Shown here: positions 18,108 to 27,545 of the stretch, piece after piece | Layout of the letters: each line of letters begins with the position of its first letter | How positions within the stretch are numbered: position 1 is the first letter of the stretch | Assembly (NCBI GenBank): GCA_043823065.1 | Contig: JBDRBB010000018.1 | Span: 1 to 47,052 of the forward strand | Origin: Pseudomonadota bacterium | Lineage (GTDB): Bacteria; UBA10199; 2-02-FULL-44-16; DYJF01 | Direction of reading: 5' to 3' | Length of the DNA stretch: 47,052 nucleotides | Made by a program: the position numbers and the translations under genes | Notes under the pieces: generated by a model | The model's database searches: none | What the model saw: only the letters and a program-made list of their open reading frames with translations | What the model was told of the DNA's origin: nothing

Positions 18108-19544
18108 TTAACCCTTGATCACTGCCAAAGGTTTTATTTTAGCCACTTTTCTAGATATCCCAACTTTATCCACTACGTCAACAACATCTGCTACATCTTT
18201 GTAGGCATCTGACATTTCCTCAACAATAGTGCCAAAAGAAGCGCCGCGCACTAAAATACCCTGGTCTAATAGTTCTTTTTCTATATTGCGGCCCTTGGCC
18301 TGGCGTTTGGCTTGATGCCTGCTCATTAAGCGACCAGCACCGTGACAAGTGGAGCCAAAACTTTTTTCCATGGCTAGTTTGGTGCCAACTAAAACAAAAG
18401 AATAGCGGCCCATGTCGCCTGGAATCAATACTGGTTGTCCAATTTTTTTATAAGCTTGCGGAATAGCCGGGTGACCTGGCGGAAAAGCTCTGGTGGCTCC
18501 TTTGCGGTGAACAAGCAAGCGCTTGGATTGGCCATTAACCAGGTGTTCTTCGAATTTGGCAATATTATGCGATACATCATATACTGGCCTTAGTCCCAAG
18601 CTTTCATAATTTTGACCAAACACTTTTTCAAAAACTTCTCGCACATAATGACAAATCATTTGACGATTTGCATAGGCAAAATTTACCGCAGCGCCCATGG
18701 CCCCCAAATATTTCTTACCTTCTGGCGAATTGATCGGCGCACAACACAACTGTTTATCTGGCAAATCAATTCCATATTTCTGGGCAGCCTTTAACATCAC
18801 ACCGATATAATCATCGCAAACTTGATGACCAAATCCGCGAGAGCCGGTGTGAATCATAATTGTCACTTGATTGGGAAACAGGCCTAAAACATCGGCTGCC
18901 TCTGGAATATATACTTCTTCAATCCGGCCTACTTCCACAAAATGATTACCAGAACCTAAGGTGCCTAGTTGTGGTCTGCCCCTCTCCATAGCCCTGGCGG
19001 AAATTGCCTCTGGATCTGAATTTGGATAGGTTCCATTATCTTCAATATAATTTAGATCATCTTTAGTGCCATAACCTTTTTTCACTGGCCAGCGCGCACC
19101 TTCGCGCAAAACTTCTTTTAAATCTGCGCTACTTAGTTTAAAATCCAGATGATGCGCACCAACTCCAGTTGGAATTTCCTTAAACAAATTATTTACTAAT
19201 TCACGTTCCTTGCCTTTTATATCTTCCCAATCCAAATTGGTGCGCAAGAGTCTGATTCCACACGAAATATCGAAGCCTACTCCGCCAGGCGAGACGACAC
19301 CAGCCTCTCCATCGATGGCAGCCACTCCACCAATGGGAAAACCATAGCCCCAGTGGATATCTGGCATAGCCATAGATGCTTTTACAATACCTGGCAGATG
19401 GGCAACATTAGCAACTTGCTTTAGGCTTTCATCTGCCCTAATCACCTGCATCATTTTTTCCGAAGCATAGATAATGCCTGGCACCTGCATTTGGCCTGTT
19501 TGCTCAAGTTGCCACTCGTATTTATTTATTTGCTTAAGTTGCAT
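18108..19544 (-). CDS. rtcB: RNA-splicing/repair ligase RtcB (long, archease-associated type)
   Basis: MPDIHWGYGFPIGG, GFDISCG, GSGNHF, HTGSRG, HN, HRKGAT, STCHGAGR. Confidence 0.96.
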   Translation of the reverse strand: MQLKQINKYEWQLEQTGQMQVPGIIYASEKMMQVIRADESLKQVANVAHLPGIVKASMAMPDIHWGYGFPIGGVAAIDGEAGVVSPGGVGFDISCGIRLLRTNLDWEDIKGKERELVNNLFKEIPTGVGAHHLDFKLSSADLKEVLREGARWPVKKGYGTKDDLNYIEDNGTYPNSDPEAISARAMERGRPQLGTLGSGNHFVEVGRIEEVYIPEAADVLGLFPNQVTIMIHTGSRGFGHQVCDDYIGVMLKAAQKYGIDLPDKQLCCAPINSPEGKKYLGAMGAAVNFAYANRQMICHYVREVFEKVFGQNYESLGLRPVYDVSHNIAKFEEHLVNGQSKRLLVHRKGATRAFPPGHPAIPQAYKKIGQPVLIPGDMGRYSFVLVGTKLAMEKSFGSTCHGAGRLMSRHQAKRQAKGRNIEKELLDQGILVRGASFGTIVEEMSDAYKDVADVVDVVDKVGISRKVAKIKPLAVIKG

Positions 19545-19546
19545 AT

Positions 19547-19691
19547 ATGAAAATTTCTAAATTCTAATTTCTAAACAAATCCAAAATCCTAATATCCAAA
19601 TGACCAAAACCCTTTGTTTCGAACATTTGAAATTTGATCATTAGAATTTGTTTAGAGTTTCGATATTAGTATTTAGGATTTAGGATTTCAT
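19547..19691. repeat. Inverted pair of degenerate heptamer arrays (AAATCCT/AGGATTT type)
   Basis: Left arm aatttct-aaattct-aatttct-aaac-aaatcca-aaatcct...; right arm ...agtattt-aggattt-aggattt; the arms are approximate reverse complements. Confidence 0.75.
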
Positions 19692-19692
19692 T

Positions 19693-20130
19693 TTATATAT
19701 CAAATATAACCCTAGCTTCCCAACCTCTTTCAGTTTGATTAACTTGTAGTTGATGATAGGTCACTGCCTTAATTTCATGAAGTAGCTTATGATATCTTTT
19801 ATCAAATTTTAAGCCTTTATAACAACCTTCTAAACCTTGCTTAGAAATCTGATCTATAAAAAAATGAGTGGGCACAATATGGCGGGTTTCAAATACAAAA
19901 AGCAGCTCTTGCAACCATTTAACTAAGAGCTGAGCTTCAAAACTTAGTTTTACTTGATCAGGGTTTGTTAACTGGACATCTATTGGAATAGTAATTGCTG
20001 GAATCAAATTAGGTTTTGATTCCAGCATAACCGCAAACATACCTTCTGCTGCGTCTAAAAAAAGATTTTTGAGATTATCTGCTTCTACCCTAATCCCAAC
20101 ATCTGCTGTATGTTCAATAACTTCAAACAC
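19693..20130 (-). CDS. Archease
   Basis: FEVIEHTADVGI...LLVKWLQELLF...EIKAVTYHQL...ARVIFDI. Confidence 0.95.
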   Translation of the reverse strand: MFEVIEHTADVGIRVEADNLKNLFLDAAEGMFAVMLESKPNLIPAITIPIDVQLTNPDQVKLSFEAQLLVKWLQELLFVFETRHIVPTHFFIDQISKQGLEGCYKGLKFDKRYHKLLHEIKAVTYHQLQVNQTERGWEARVIFDI

Positions 20131-20139
20131 AACTACTTT

Positions 20140-20574
20140 TTACACCCATTCGTAATGCACGATTTCATTGCCTTCAAAAAAATATGGCACTTCAAAAGCA
20201 GCTGTTTCCGTAGCATCTGAGCCATGCACTGCATTGCGCTCAATGTTGGTTCCAAAATCATTGCGAATAGTTCCATCTGCTGCTTTTTCTGGATCTGTTG
20301 CACCCATGGCCTCTCGCCATTTGTTAATGGCATTTTCTCCTTCCAAAACCATGACAATACAAGGTCCTGAAGTCATAAAACTAACCAAACGTTGAAAAAA
20401 TGGTTTGTCCTTATGCACAGCATAAAAACCTTCAGCTCGTGGTTTATCTAAATACAACATTTTGCATCCTACCATTTTAAGGTTTGCTTCTTCTGCTCGA
20501 ACAAGGATTTCACCAATCACGCCTTTTTCAATAGCATCAGGTTTGATAATACCCAAAGTACGTTCCACTGCCAT
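20140..20574 (-). CDS. ndk: Nucleoside diphosphate kinase
   Basis: [31 protein letters not shown] 20574 after AGGAGG. Confidence 0.97.
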   Translation of the reverse strand: MAVERTLGIIKPDAIEKGVIGEILVRAEEANLKMVGCKMLYLDKPRAEGFYAVHKDKPFFQRLVSFMTSGPCIVMVLEGENAINKWREAMGATDPEKAADGTIRNDFGTNIERNAVHGSDATETAAFEVPYFFEGNEIVHYEWV

Positions 20575-20649
20575 ATTTCCTCCTATCTGTTTCAAATGTA
20601 GTTTTTTTTAATAGCTAAAACTGGCCTAAATGTAAATCTAATTTCACTA

Positions 20650-21474
20650 TTATTTCGCCTTGTTAGAGCCTGTTTGGCTGTGTTTCTTCAAGGCTTTAAG
20701 CCTCTCTTGCACCACCTGTTTATTGGGGTAATCTTCCAAAGCCTTCTGAGTATATTTTTGCGCCATACCCAAACGTCCCATTTCTTCAAAACAGCTAGCT
20801 ATACGTAATTTAACCTCTGGCGCTAATTTGGATTTAGGAGCCATTTCTAAAAAAGCAAAATAAAACTTAAGCGCTTCATGAGGCCTATTTTCCAAAAAAT
20901 AACTTTCACCAATATCAAACAGCACCCGATTTTTCCATTCCTGAGACACTTCAGGGTCTTCTAAAAAATCCCGCAACTCTACTCTGGCCTGCTCATAATC
21001 TTTATTAGCAATAAAAGCTTCTCCTAAATACAGGCGATACTCTGCTTTTGGGAAATATTTATAGATGACTGCATATTCTTCAACTAATTGTTGGCTTAAG
21101 TCCTTACGTTCAAAAATCTCAGCGCGCTTCTGATGAGCATTTAACGCTGCTTCTGAATATGGATTTATTTCAATACATTGTTGATAAATATCCAGCCCCT
21201 TGACCACATCCCCTAAACTATTGGCATATAGATCGCCCAACAAAATTAGAATTTGCTGTTTTTGTTCAGGTTGCGGGTTATTCTCCAAGATTTGCTGATA
21301 AATTTTGGCGGCGCGTTCATATTTACCGATACCCACCAAACCTTGGGCGCGACGCAGGCTATCTTCAATATTGGATGAAGAACAAGCTGCCAAAAAAGCC
21401 AAAAATAAGATTAGGCCTACAATCTTATTCTTGCTCTGCAGCCTCTTCTTCTTCCACTCTTGCTGAAGAAACAA
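20650..21474 (-). CDS. TPR lipoprotein (BamD/CpoB-like fold)
   Basis: Lipobox FLAA-C and TPR helices; start uncertain, overlaps the gyrA 3' end. Confidence 0.7.
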   Translation of the reverse strand: MFLQQEWKKKRLQSKNKIVGLILFLAFLAACSSSNIEDSLRRAQGLVGIGKYERAAKIYQQILENNPQPEQKQQILILLGDLYANSLGDVVKGLDIYQQCIEINPYSEAALNAHQKRAEIFERKDLSQQLVEEYAVIYKYFPKAEYRLYLGEAFIANKDYEQARVELRDFLEDPEVSQEWKNRVLFDIGESYFLENRPHEALKFYFAFLEMAPKSKLAPEVKLRIASCFEEMGRLGMAQKYTQKALEDYPNKQVVQERLKALKKHSQTGSNKAK

Positions 21475-23869
21475 CGCGTTCCCCTTTCTCTAAGCTGATT
21501 AGGCGAACTCCCTGTGTATTGCGACCAATAACAGGAATACCCTTAACACAACTTCTAATAATTTTACCTTGATCGGTCACTAACATAATATCATTTTTAT
21601 CCATGACCTGGCTTACGCTTACTACCCGACCATTTCTTTCTGAAACCTTGATGGTGATTATTCCTCTACCGCCACGCGATTGCACACGATACTCATCTAA
21701 AGCAGTTCTCTTGCCATAACCATTTTCAGTGACGGTTAAAATAGAGGCATGTTCATCTAAAACATCCATACCCACCACCAAGTCATCTTTGCTTAAGGTA
21801 ATACCTTTTACGCCTGCAGCTGAACGCCCCATAGCTCGCACATTTTTTTCCGGGAAACGAATGGCCAGGCCATCTTTTGTGCTCATCAAAACTTCTTGTT
21901 GACCATTGGTTTGATGAACAGAAATTAATTTATCACCATCATTAATTGTAATAGCATTAATTCCACCAGCCCTAGGATTAGAAAAAGACATTAAGTCTGT
22001 CTTTTTTATCACACCTTTTTGGGTGGCCATAACCACATATTGACCTTCCTTAAATTCGCGAACTGGCAATACTGCAGCTAGATGATCATCGCCAGCCATG
22101 CGCACTAAGGAAGATATAGCCTGCCCCTTGGCAACCCTGCCCACTTGAGGCAGCTCATGAACTTTCAGCCAAAATACTCGGCCAGATTGGGTAAAAATCA
22201 TAATATAATGATGCGTGGAAGCCACAAACAAGGATTCCACAAAATCTTCTTCTCTGGTGGCCATACCAGTTTTTCCGCGACCGCCACGACGTTGGGCACG
22301 ATAAATACTAATGGGATTGCGTTTGATGTATCCTTTATGAGTAATGGTGACCACCATTTCCTCTTCTTGAATTAAATCTTCCACAGATACATCATCCATC
22401 AGCACACCAGTAATTTCTGTACGTCTTTGATCGCCAAACTTAGTTTTTATTTCCAACAACTCATCTTTGATAATCTTAAACTGCAAAGTTTCATCTTCCA
22501 AAATAGCCTTAAATTCGATGATCAGCTTTTGCACTGATTCATATTCATTGATGATTTTTTCTCTTTCCAAACCGGTTAAGCGTTGCAGCCGCATATCTAA
22601 AATAGCCTGGGCCTGGATTTCACTTAACTTGAAAACTTTCATCAAACCATCTCTGGCTATGGCCGGCTCTTTAGATTTTTTAATTAACGCTATAATTTCA
22701 TCAATTGCTTCAATAGCTATTTTTAAGCCTTCTAAAATATGAAGTCTCTTCTCCGCCTCACTTAAACGAAAGGAAGTTCTGCGCAAGATCACTTCCCGTC
22801 GATGATCCAGAAAATGTTGCAAAGCTTGTTTAAGATTCAGCAATTTAGGCTGACCATTAACAATGGCCAGCAAAATTATACCATAAGAGGATTTTAAGGC
22901 AGTATGGGCAAAAAGTTGATTCATAACTACTTGGGCAACTGCTCCCCGTTTAAGCTCAACTACAATTCGCATACCGTCACGATCTGATTCATCTCGAATA
23001 TCAACCACATTTTGCAACTTGTTATTCTGCACCAAAAAGGCAATCCTCTCAATTAAACGCGCCTTATTCACTTGATAGGGAATTTCAGTAACAACGATGA
23101 GTTCCTTATCTCCCTTGGCCATGCGCTCAATCATAGCCCGGGCGCTCATTTGAATGGAACCACGTCCGGTAAGGTAAGCCTTATTAATACCTTCTGTGCC
23201 ATTGATAAAACCACCTGTTGGAAAATCTGGGCCTTTGACAAATTTCAGCAACCCCTTAATTTCAATTTGGGGATTATCGATTAAAGCAACCAAACCATCA
23301 ACAATCTCACTTAGATTGTGCGGTGGAACTTTTGTGGCCATACCCACAGCAATACCATCTGAACCGTTGATTAATAAGGTTGGAATCCTGGAAGGCAAAA
23401 CCACAGGCTCTTGAACAGAGCCATCAAAGTTGGGAATAAAATCTACGGTATTTTCGTCAATATCTTGCAACAGCTGTTCAGCAATAGCCATAAGCTTGGC
23501 TTCGGTATAACGATAGGCAGCAGCAGAGTCACCATCTATGCTACCAAAGTTACCTTGGCCGTCAATTAAAGGATAACGCATACTCCAGGGCTGAGCCATT
23601 CTAACCAAAGTATCATAAACAGCTGCATCGCCATGAGGATGATATTTTTTCAACACTTCACCAACTACACCAGCGCACTTGGAATATCTCTTGTTGGAAA
23701 GCAAGCCTTCCCGATACATGGCATAAAGAATTCTGCGATGCACAGGTTTAAGTCCATCACGAATATCTGGAATTGCCCTGCCTATGATTACGCTCATGGC
23801 ATAATCAAGATAGGATGCCTTCATTTCATCTTCTATATTTATAGGTATAATTTCTGCTGAATGTTCCAT
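21425..23869 (-). CDS. gyrA: DNA gyrase subunit A
   Basis: YLDYAMSVI, RDGLKPVHRR, YHPHGD, AAAYRYTE active site; GyrA-box QRRGGRG. Confidence 0.98.
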   Translation of the reverse strand: MEHSAEIIPINIEDEMKASYLDYAMSVIIGRAIPDIRDGLKPVHRRILYAMYREGLLSNKRYSKCAGVVGEVLKKYHPHGDAAVYDTLVRMAQPWSMRYPLIDGQGNFGSIDGDSAAAYRYTEAKLMAIAEQLLQDIDENTVDFIPNFDGSVQEPVVLPSRIPTLLINGSDGIAVGMATKVPPHNLSEIVDGLVALIDNPQIEIKGLLKFVKGPDFPTGGFINGTEGINKAYLTGRGSIQMSARAMIERMAKGDKELIVVTEIPYQVNKARLIERIAFLVQNNKLQNVVDIRDESDRDGMRIVVELKRGAVAQVVMNQLFAHTALKSSYGIILLAIVNGQPKLLNLKQALQHFLDHRREVILRRTSFRLSEAEKRLHILEGLKIAIEAIDEIIALIKKSKEPAIARDGLMKVFKLSEIQAQAILDMRLQRLTGLEREKIINEYESVQKLIIEFKAILEDETLQFKIIKDELLEIKTKFGDQRRTEITGVLMDDVSVEDLIQEEEMVVTITHKGYIKRNPISIYRAQRRGGRGKTGMATREEDFVESLFVASTHHYIMIFTQSGRVFWLKVHELPQVGRVAKGQAISSLVRMAGDDHLAAVLPVREFKEGQYVVMATQKGVIKKTDLMSFSNPRAGGINAITINDGDKLISVHQTNGQQEVLMSTKDGLAIRFPEKNVRAMGRSAAGVKGITLSKDDLVVGMDVLDEHASILTVTENGYGKRTALDEYRVQSRGGRGIITIKVSERNGRVVSVSQVMDKNDIMLVTDQGKIIRSCVKGIPVIGRNTQGVRLISLEKGERVVSSARVEEEEAAEQE

Positions 23870-23912
23870 AGCGCCTTTCTTTTTTTAGAATTTTATTACG
23901 TAAATTCGCGAG

Positions 23913-23941
23913 ATTATGGGCATCCAAGATAGAAATGTCAA
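23913..23941 (-). promoter_or_regulatory. Sigma70-type promoter for gyrA
   Basis: TTGACA-17 bp-CATAAT on the minus strand, about 45 bp upstream of the start. Confidence 0.7.
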
Positions 23942-23965
23942 GCCTTTGCCGCATATTATAGTGCA

Positions 23966-24030
23966 GTCATCCTAAGCGTTCGCAAAGGATCCCGTGGACC
24001 TCTTCAAAGCCAGAGGCTGATCAGAATGTC
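23966..24030. repeat. Degenerate GTCAT-type REP-like element
   Basis: GTCATCCTAAGCGTTCGCAAAGGATCCC...TCAGAATGTC resembles the reverse complement of the 910-957 element. Confidence 0.4.
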
Positions 24031-24173
24031 ATGACTTAAAACTTTACCACGTGCCAAAGCACGTCGCATAAGCATCTTAAACCTCCCTTCCTCAGTCAAG
24101 CATAAACCAAAGCTTTAGCCAACTCAGATGACGGCAAAACTAGAAAAATTAACACTTGCCAGTCATATTTTAT

Positions 24174-24202
24174 TTGACATACTTTGTAGGCATCGCTAGT
24201 AT
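24174..24202 (+). promoter_or_regulatory. Sigma70-type promoter for the HU gene
   Basis: TTGACA-17 bp-TAGTAT. Confidence 0.65.
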
Positions 24203-24290
24203 CCACAACCATAGAGTTTAAATCCGCTTCAATTCGATCTTTCACAAGAATTATAGTTTTAAAATCCAATCATAGAAAGGGGGTGACAAC

Positions 24291-24563
24291 ATGACAAAAG
24301 CTGAATTAGTAACTTACATTGCTAAGGATTGCAATACATCCAAAGCTCTGGCCGAGCAAATGCTCAACGCAGTGGTACACAACATTTCAAAGTGCTTACG
24401 CCGCAAAGATAAATTAACTTTGACCGGTTTCGGTACTTTCTATGTAACCAAGAGAAAAGCTCGCACAGGACGTAATCCACAGACCGGCGCTGAGATTAAC
24501 ATTAAAGCCCGTAACGTACCTCGTTTCAAACCAGGTAAGCAATTAAGAGAGTGGATTAAGTAG
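24291..24563 (+). CDS. hup: HU family DNA-binding protein
   Basis: MTKAELV...GFGTF...RKARTGRNPQTG...PRFKPGKQL. Confidence 0.93.
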   Translation: MTKAELVTYIAKDCNTSKALAEQMLNAVVHNISKCLRRKDKLTLTGFGTFYVTKRKARTGRNPQTGAEINIKARNVPRFKPGKQLREWIK

Positions 24564-24582
24564 TTCATTTAAGTTTGGATTT

Positions 24583-24619
24583 AAAAAAGGCCCGCTAATT
24601 CATATAGCGGGCCTTTTTT
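24583..24619. terminator. Bidirectional intrinsic terminator
   Basis: A6-GGCCCGCTA-loop-TAGCGGGCC-T6 between convergent genes. Confidence 0.88.
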
Positions 24620-24642
24620 CATTTGTCATCGAGGATAACACG

Positions 24643-26061
24643 CTATCCTAAATTATAATATTCTCTAATTCTGACTTTCACTCCCAACTCTTTTCCAATT
24701 TCTTTAATTTTTTCTGTATCTAAATCTGGCAAGCCCACGGCAGTAATACTAACAGCAGGAATATACTTTTTACATTCCCTGATAAAATTGATGACTTCGG
24801 CATAGGCCCTTTCACCAAATGGCGAAGGACAAATTTTGGCATAGGTTGTCGCGTCAGCGGCATTTAGAGAAACAGAAATCTCGTCAATTAAACCATGTAG
24901 TTCTTGCGCAACGTTTCTTTGATACAATAAATTAGCCAAGCCATCGGTATTGAGCCTAATTGATTTAGCCCCTTTTTCTTTCATGCGCGCAGCAATTAAT
25001 TTTAAAACCTCTAAACGCTTGGTTGGTTCACCATATCCGCAAAACACAACTTCATCATATTCTTCTGGTTCACCCACAGCTTGAAAAATTTCTTCAATAT
25101 TTGGCTCATTATCCAATTTCAAATAATGTCCTTTAACCTCATAGCAACCATCTGCGTTCTTAGGACAAAACTTGCAGCGCAAATTGCATTGATTGGTAAT
25201 ATTGAGATACATGGAATTTCGAATCTGATAAGCTACATTACTGATAAGTTCCTTGCCAGGCAGCTTAAATAATCGTTTGGCGGCTAACGAGGTAATACGC
25301 GCCACATCACTAACGGAGAGTCCTTTGATCTCAGCAATTTTGGCAGCGACTTCCTTAACCATGGCAGGCGCATTTCTTTTACCCCTAAAGGGAACTGGAG
25401 CTAAAAAAGGACAATCAGTTTCCAGCATTAGTTTTTCCAAAGGTATTTCAGCCACTACTTCTTTTAAGGTATCGGCATTGGGAAATGTCACAATTCCAGG
25501 AATTGAAATATGAAAACCTTGATTGATAACCTCCCAGGCAAATTTTGGGCTACCTGCAAAACAATGGAATACGCCACCAGCCTCTGGACGGCCTTGCTGC
25601 TGAATTATATTTAGCACTTCAGCATGCGCGTCTCTAGCGTGAATAATCAAAGGAAGGTTTAAGCGATTAGCCAGATCAATTTGCCTTCTAAAGCACTCTT
25701 CTTGAACTGGTTTAGGTGATTTATTTTTAAAAAAATCCAAACCGATTTCGCCAATAGCCACCACTTTTTTTTCTGCAGCTAATTTGGCTAATTGATCATA
25801 CCAATCATCCTGCACCTGGCTGGCATCATGAGGATGAAAACCAACTGCTGCATAAATTCTTTCGTGGCTGGCAGCAAGTTGGCAGGCCTTGATATTCCCC
25901 TCTAAATTTTCTCCTCCGCCTATAGTGATTATATATTCTAAGCCAGCATCCCAGGCAGCCTTAATTACCTGCTCTCTATCTTGATCAAAATCTGGGAAGG
26001 TTAAATGGGCGTGGGTGTCAATAAGCCGTACGTCGTAATTTTTTTTGCTATTGTACTTCAT
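24643..26061 (-). CDS. tatD: TatD-family nuclease fused to a C-terminal radical SAM domain
   Basis: IDTHAH, GFHPH, AIGEIGLD, IHAR, FHCF, LETDCPFL; then YLNITNQCNLRCKFC (CxxxCxxC) and VFCGYGEP. Start uncertain. Confidence 0.92.
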   Translation of the reverse strand: MKYNSKKNYDVRLIDTHAHLTFPDFDQDREQVIKAAWDAGLEYIITIGGGENLEGNIKACQLAASHERIYAAVGFHPHDASQVQDDWYDQLAKLAAEKKVVAIGEIGLDFFKNKSPKPVQEECFRRQIDLANRLNLPLIIHARDAHAEVLNIIQQQGRPEAGGVFHCFAGSPKFAWEVINQGFHISIPGIVTFPNADTLKEVVAEIPLEKLMLETDCPFLAPVPFRGKRNAPAMVKEVAAKIAEIKGLSVSDVARITSLAAKRLFKLPGKELISNVAYQIRNSMYLNITNQCNLRCKFCPKNADGCYEVKGHYLKLDNEPNIEEIFQAVGEPEEYDEVVFCGYGEPTKRLEVLKLIAARMKEKGAKSIRLNTDGLANLLYQRNVAQELHGLIDEISVSLNAADATTYAKICPSPFGERAYAEVINFIRECKKYIPAVSITAVGLPDLDTEKIKEIGKELGVKVRIREYYNLG

Positions 26062-26710
26062 TGTACTCGGATTCAAAGGCGGTTAGCATGTTTTGAAACA
26101 AATCAATGTATTTTGGATCTTTAGTGTTTTGGGCAAAAGCCAAAGCTTTGTTTAGAAAGTTTTGACACAAATCTATGGCCCAGCCTTTTTTCAAAACAGC
26201 TTCCACTAATTCAAAATCTATGTTTTGAGCTGAAATAAAATCCACAAAATCATCCACAATTGAGTTTTGCAACATATCTTCAGCTTTTTTACGGTCGCCT
26301 TTTTTGCAAAAAGCCAAGCCCATGGTGGTATAAGCTTGATGGGCAAATACAGGATTGCCAGGAGCCAGATCAAAAACTTTTTTAGCTTTTCTAATGGCCT
26401 GTCCATATTCAGCAAACTGACCGATAAGCAAACGCGCGGAAATAATCTTTAAGGCAGGATCAGTTGGCATCAGTTTTTCAGCTCGCTCATAATGACGCCA
26501 AGCTGTTTTGTACTCACCTTGCAGTTTATAGAGCACGCCTAAAGTTGAATGATAAAGGGCAATGGCTATATTATCGTCGGTGCGAGACATATTAATGGTT
26601 AAAAGCTTTTCTGCTTCTGCAAATTGCTTGGCACCAATTAACTCAAACGCCCGCAAACAAACCTCATTGGCATTTATTGGTAAGGGTTCTTTTTTATTAG
26701 GATCTATCAC
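26048..26710 (-). CDS. TPR-containing protein of unknown function
   Basis: TPR-like LYHSTLGVLYKLQGEYKTAWRHYERA and AYTTMGLAFCKKGDRKKA. Confidence 0.7.
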   Translation of the reverse strand: MIDPNKKEPLPINANEVCLRAFELIGAKQFAEAEKLLTINMSRTDDNIAIALYHSTLGVLYKLQGEYKTAWRHYERAEKLMPTDPALKIISARLLIGQFAEYGQAIRKAKKVFDLAPGNPVFAHQAYTTMGLAFCKKGDRKKAEDMLQNSIVDDFVDFISAQNIDFELVEAVLKKGWAIDLCQNFLNKALAFAQNTKDPKYIDLFQNMLTAFESEYNEVQ

Positions 26711-27503
26711 TTTTTAATACCTCAATCATTTGCTTATGAATCAAGCCATTAGAAACTAATATTTCTGTACCATACAATTTAAATTCAGAGCCGTCAAAAG
26801 ATGTTACCATTCCCCCTGCTTCTCTAATGATAATTATCCCAGCCGCAATATCCCAGGGTTTTAAATATAGCTCCCAAAAACCGTCCAAACGACCACAAGC
26901 CACATAAGCAAGATCTATGGCAGCAGCACCTGGCCGCCGCACAGCCAAGGCCACTTTAATAAACTTTGCAAAGTTATCCAAATTATCTGGATAACCATAT
27001 TCTTGCACATTATAAGCAAAACCTGTGGCCAGCAATGATTCTTGAAGGTTTTTTGCTTTGGCCACCCTAATTGGTTCGCCATTGAGCGTGGCGCCCTTGT
27101 CTTTTACACCTAAAAATAACTCATCTCGGTTAGGGTCATAAATCACGCCCAGCACCAGATCTTCTTGATATTCTAAAGCTATGGAAACTCCAAAAAAAGG
27201 GAATTCATGGGCATAGTTAGTTGTGCCATCTAAAGGATCTACAATCCAGCGAAAATCTGATTTCTGGCGCTGTCCAATTCCCTCTTCACCTAAAATATCA
27301 TGGTCAGGGAAATGTTCTTGCAAACCAGCAACAATTAGTTCTTCACACTTTTTATCAACTTCAGTAACCAAATTAATAGCGCCTTTATATTCTATGGATT
27401 TAATCTTACCCAAATTCTCCAGCTGCACTTTACCAGCTTTTTTGGCCAGCTCCACGGCAATTGGGCTGGCTTTAATTAATATATTTTCTAGCTGTTGATC
27501 CAT
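26697..27503 (-). CDS. suhB: Inositol monophosphatase family protein SuhB
   Basis: LVTEVD, ILGEE, WIVDPLDGTTNY, WDIAAG. Confidence 0.92.
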   Translation of the reverse strand: MDQQLENILIKASPIAVELAKKAGKVQLENLGKIKSIEYKGAINLVTEVDKKCEELIVAGLQEHFPDHDILGEEGIGQRQKSDFRWIVDPLDGTTNYAHEFPFFGVSIALEYQEDLVLGVIYDPNRDELFLGVKDKGATLNGEPIRVAKAKNLQESLLATGFAYNVQEYGYPDNLDNFAKFIKVALAVRRPGAAAIDLAYVACGRLDGFWELYLKPWDIAAGIIIIREAGGMVTSFDGSEFKLYGTEILVSNGLIHKQMIEVLKSDRS

Positions 27504-27511
27504 ATCTTTGA

Positions 27512-27537
27512 GTCATTCCCGCTTTCGCAGGAATGAC
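27512..27537. repeat. REP-like palindrome
   Basis: GTCATTCCCGCTTTCGCAGGAATGAC, near-identical to 868-890. Confidence 0.75.
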
Positions 27538-27545
27538 CACCATAA

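Noticed and set aside
19547..19691. CRISPR array (also considered for 29827-29907 and 40279-40340)
   Set aside because: The units are 7-bp tandem repeats without unique spacers, and there are no cas genes.
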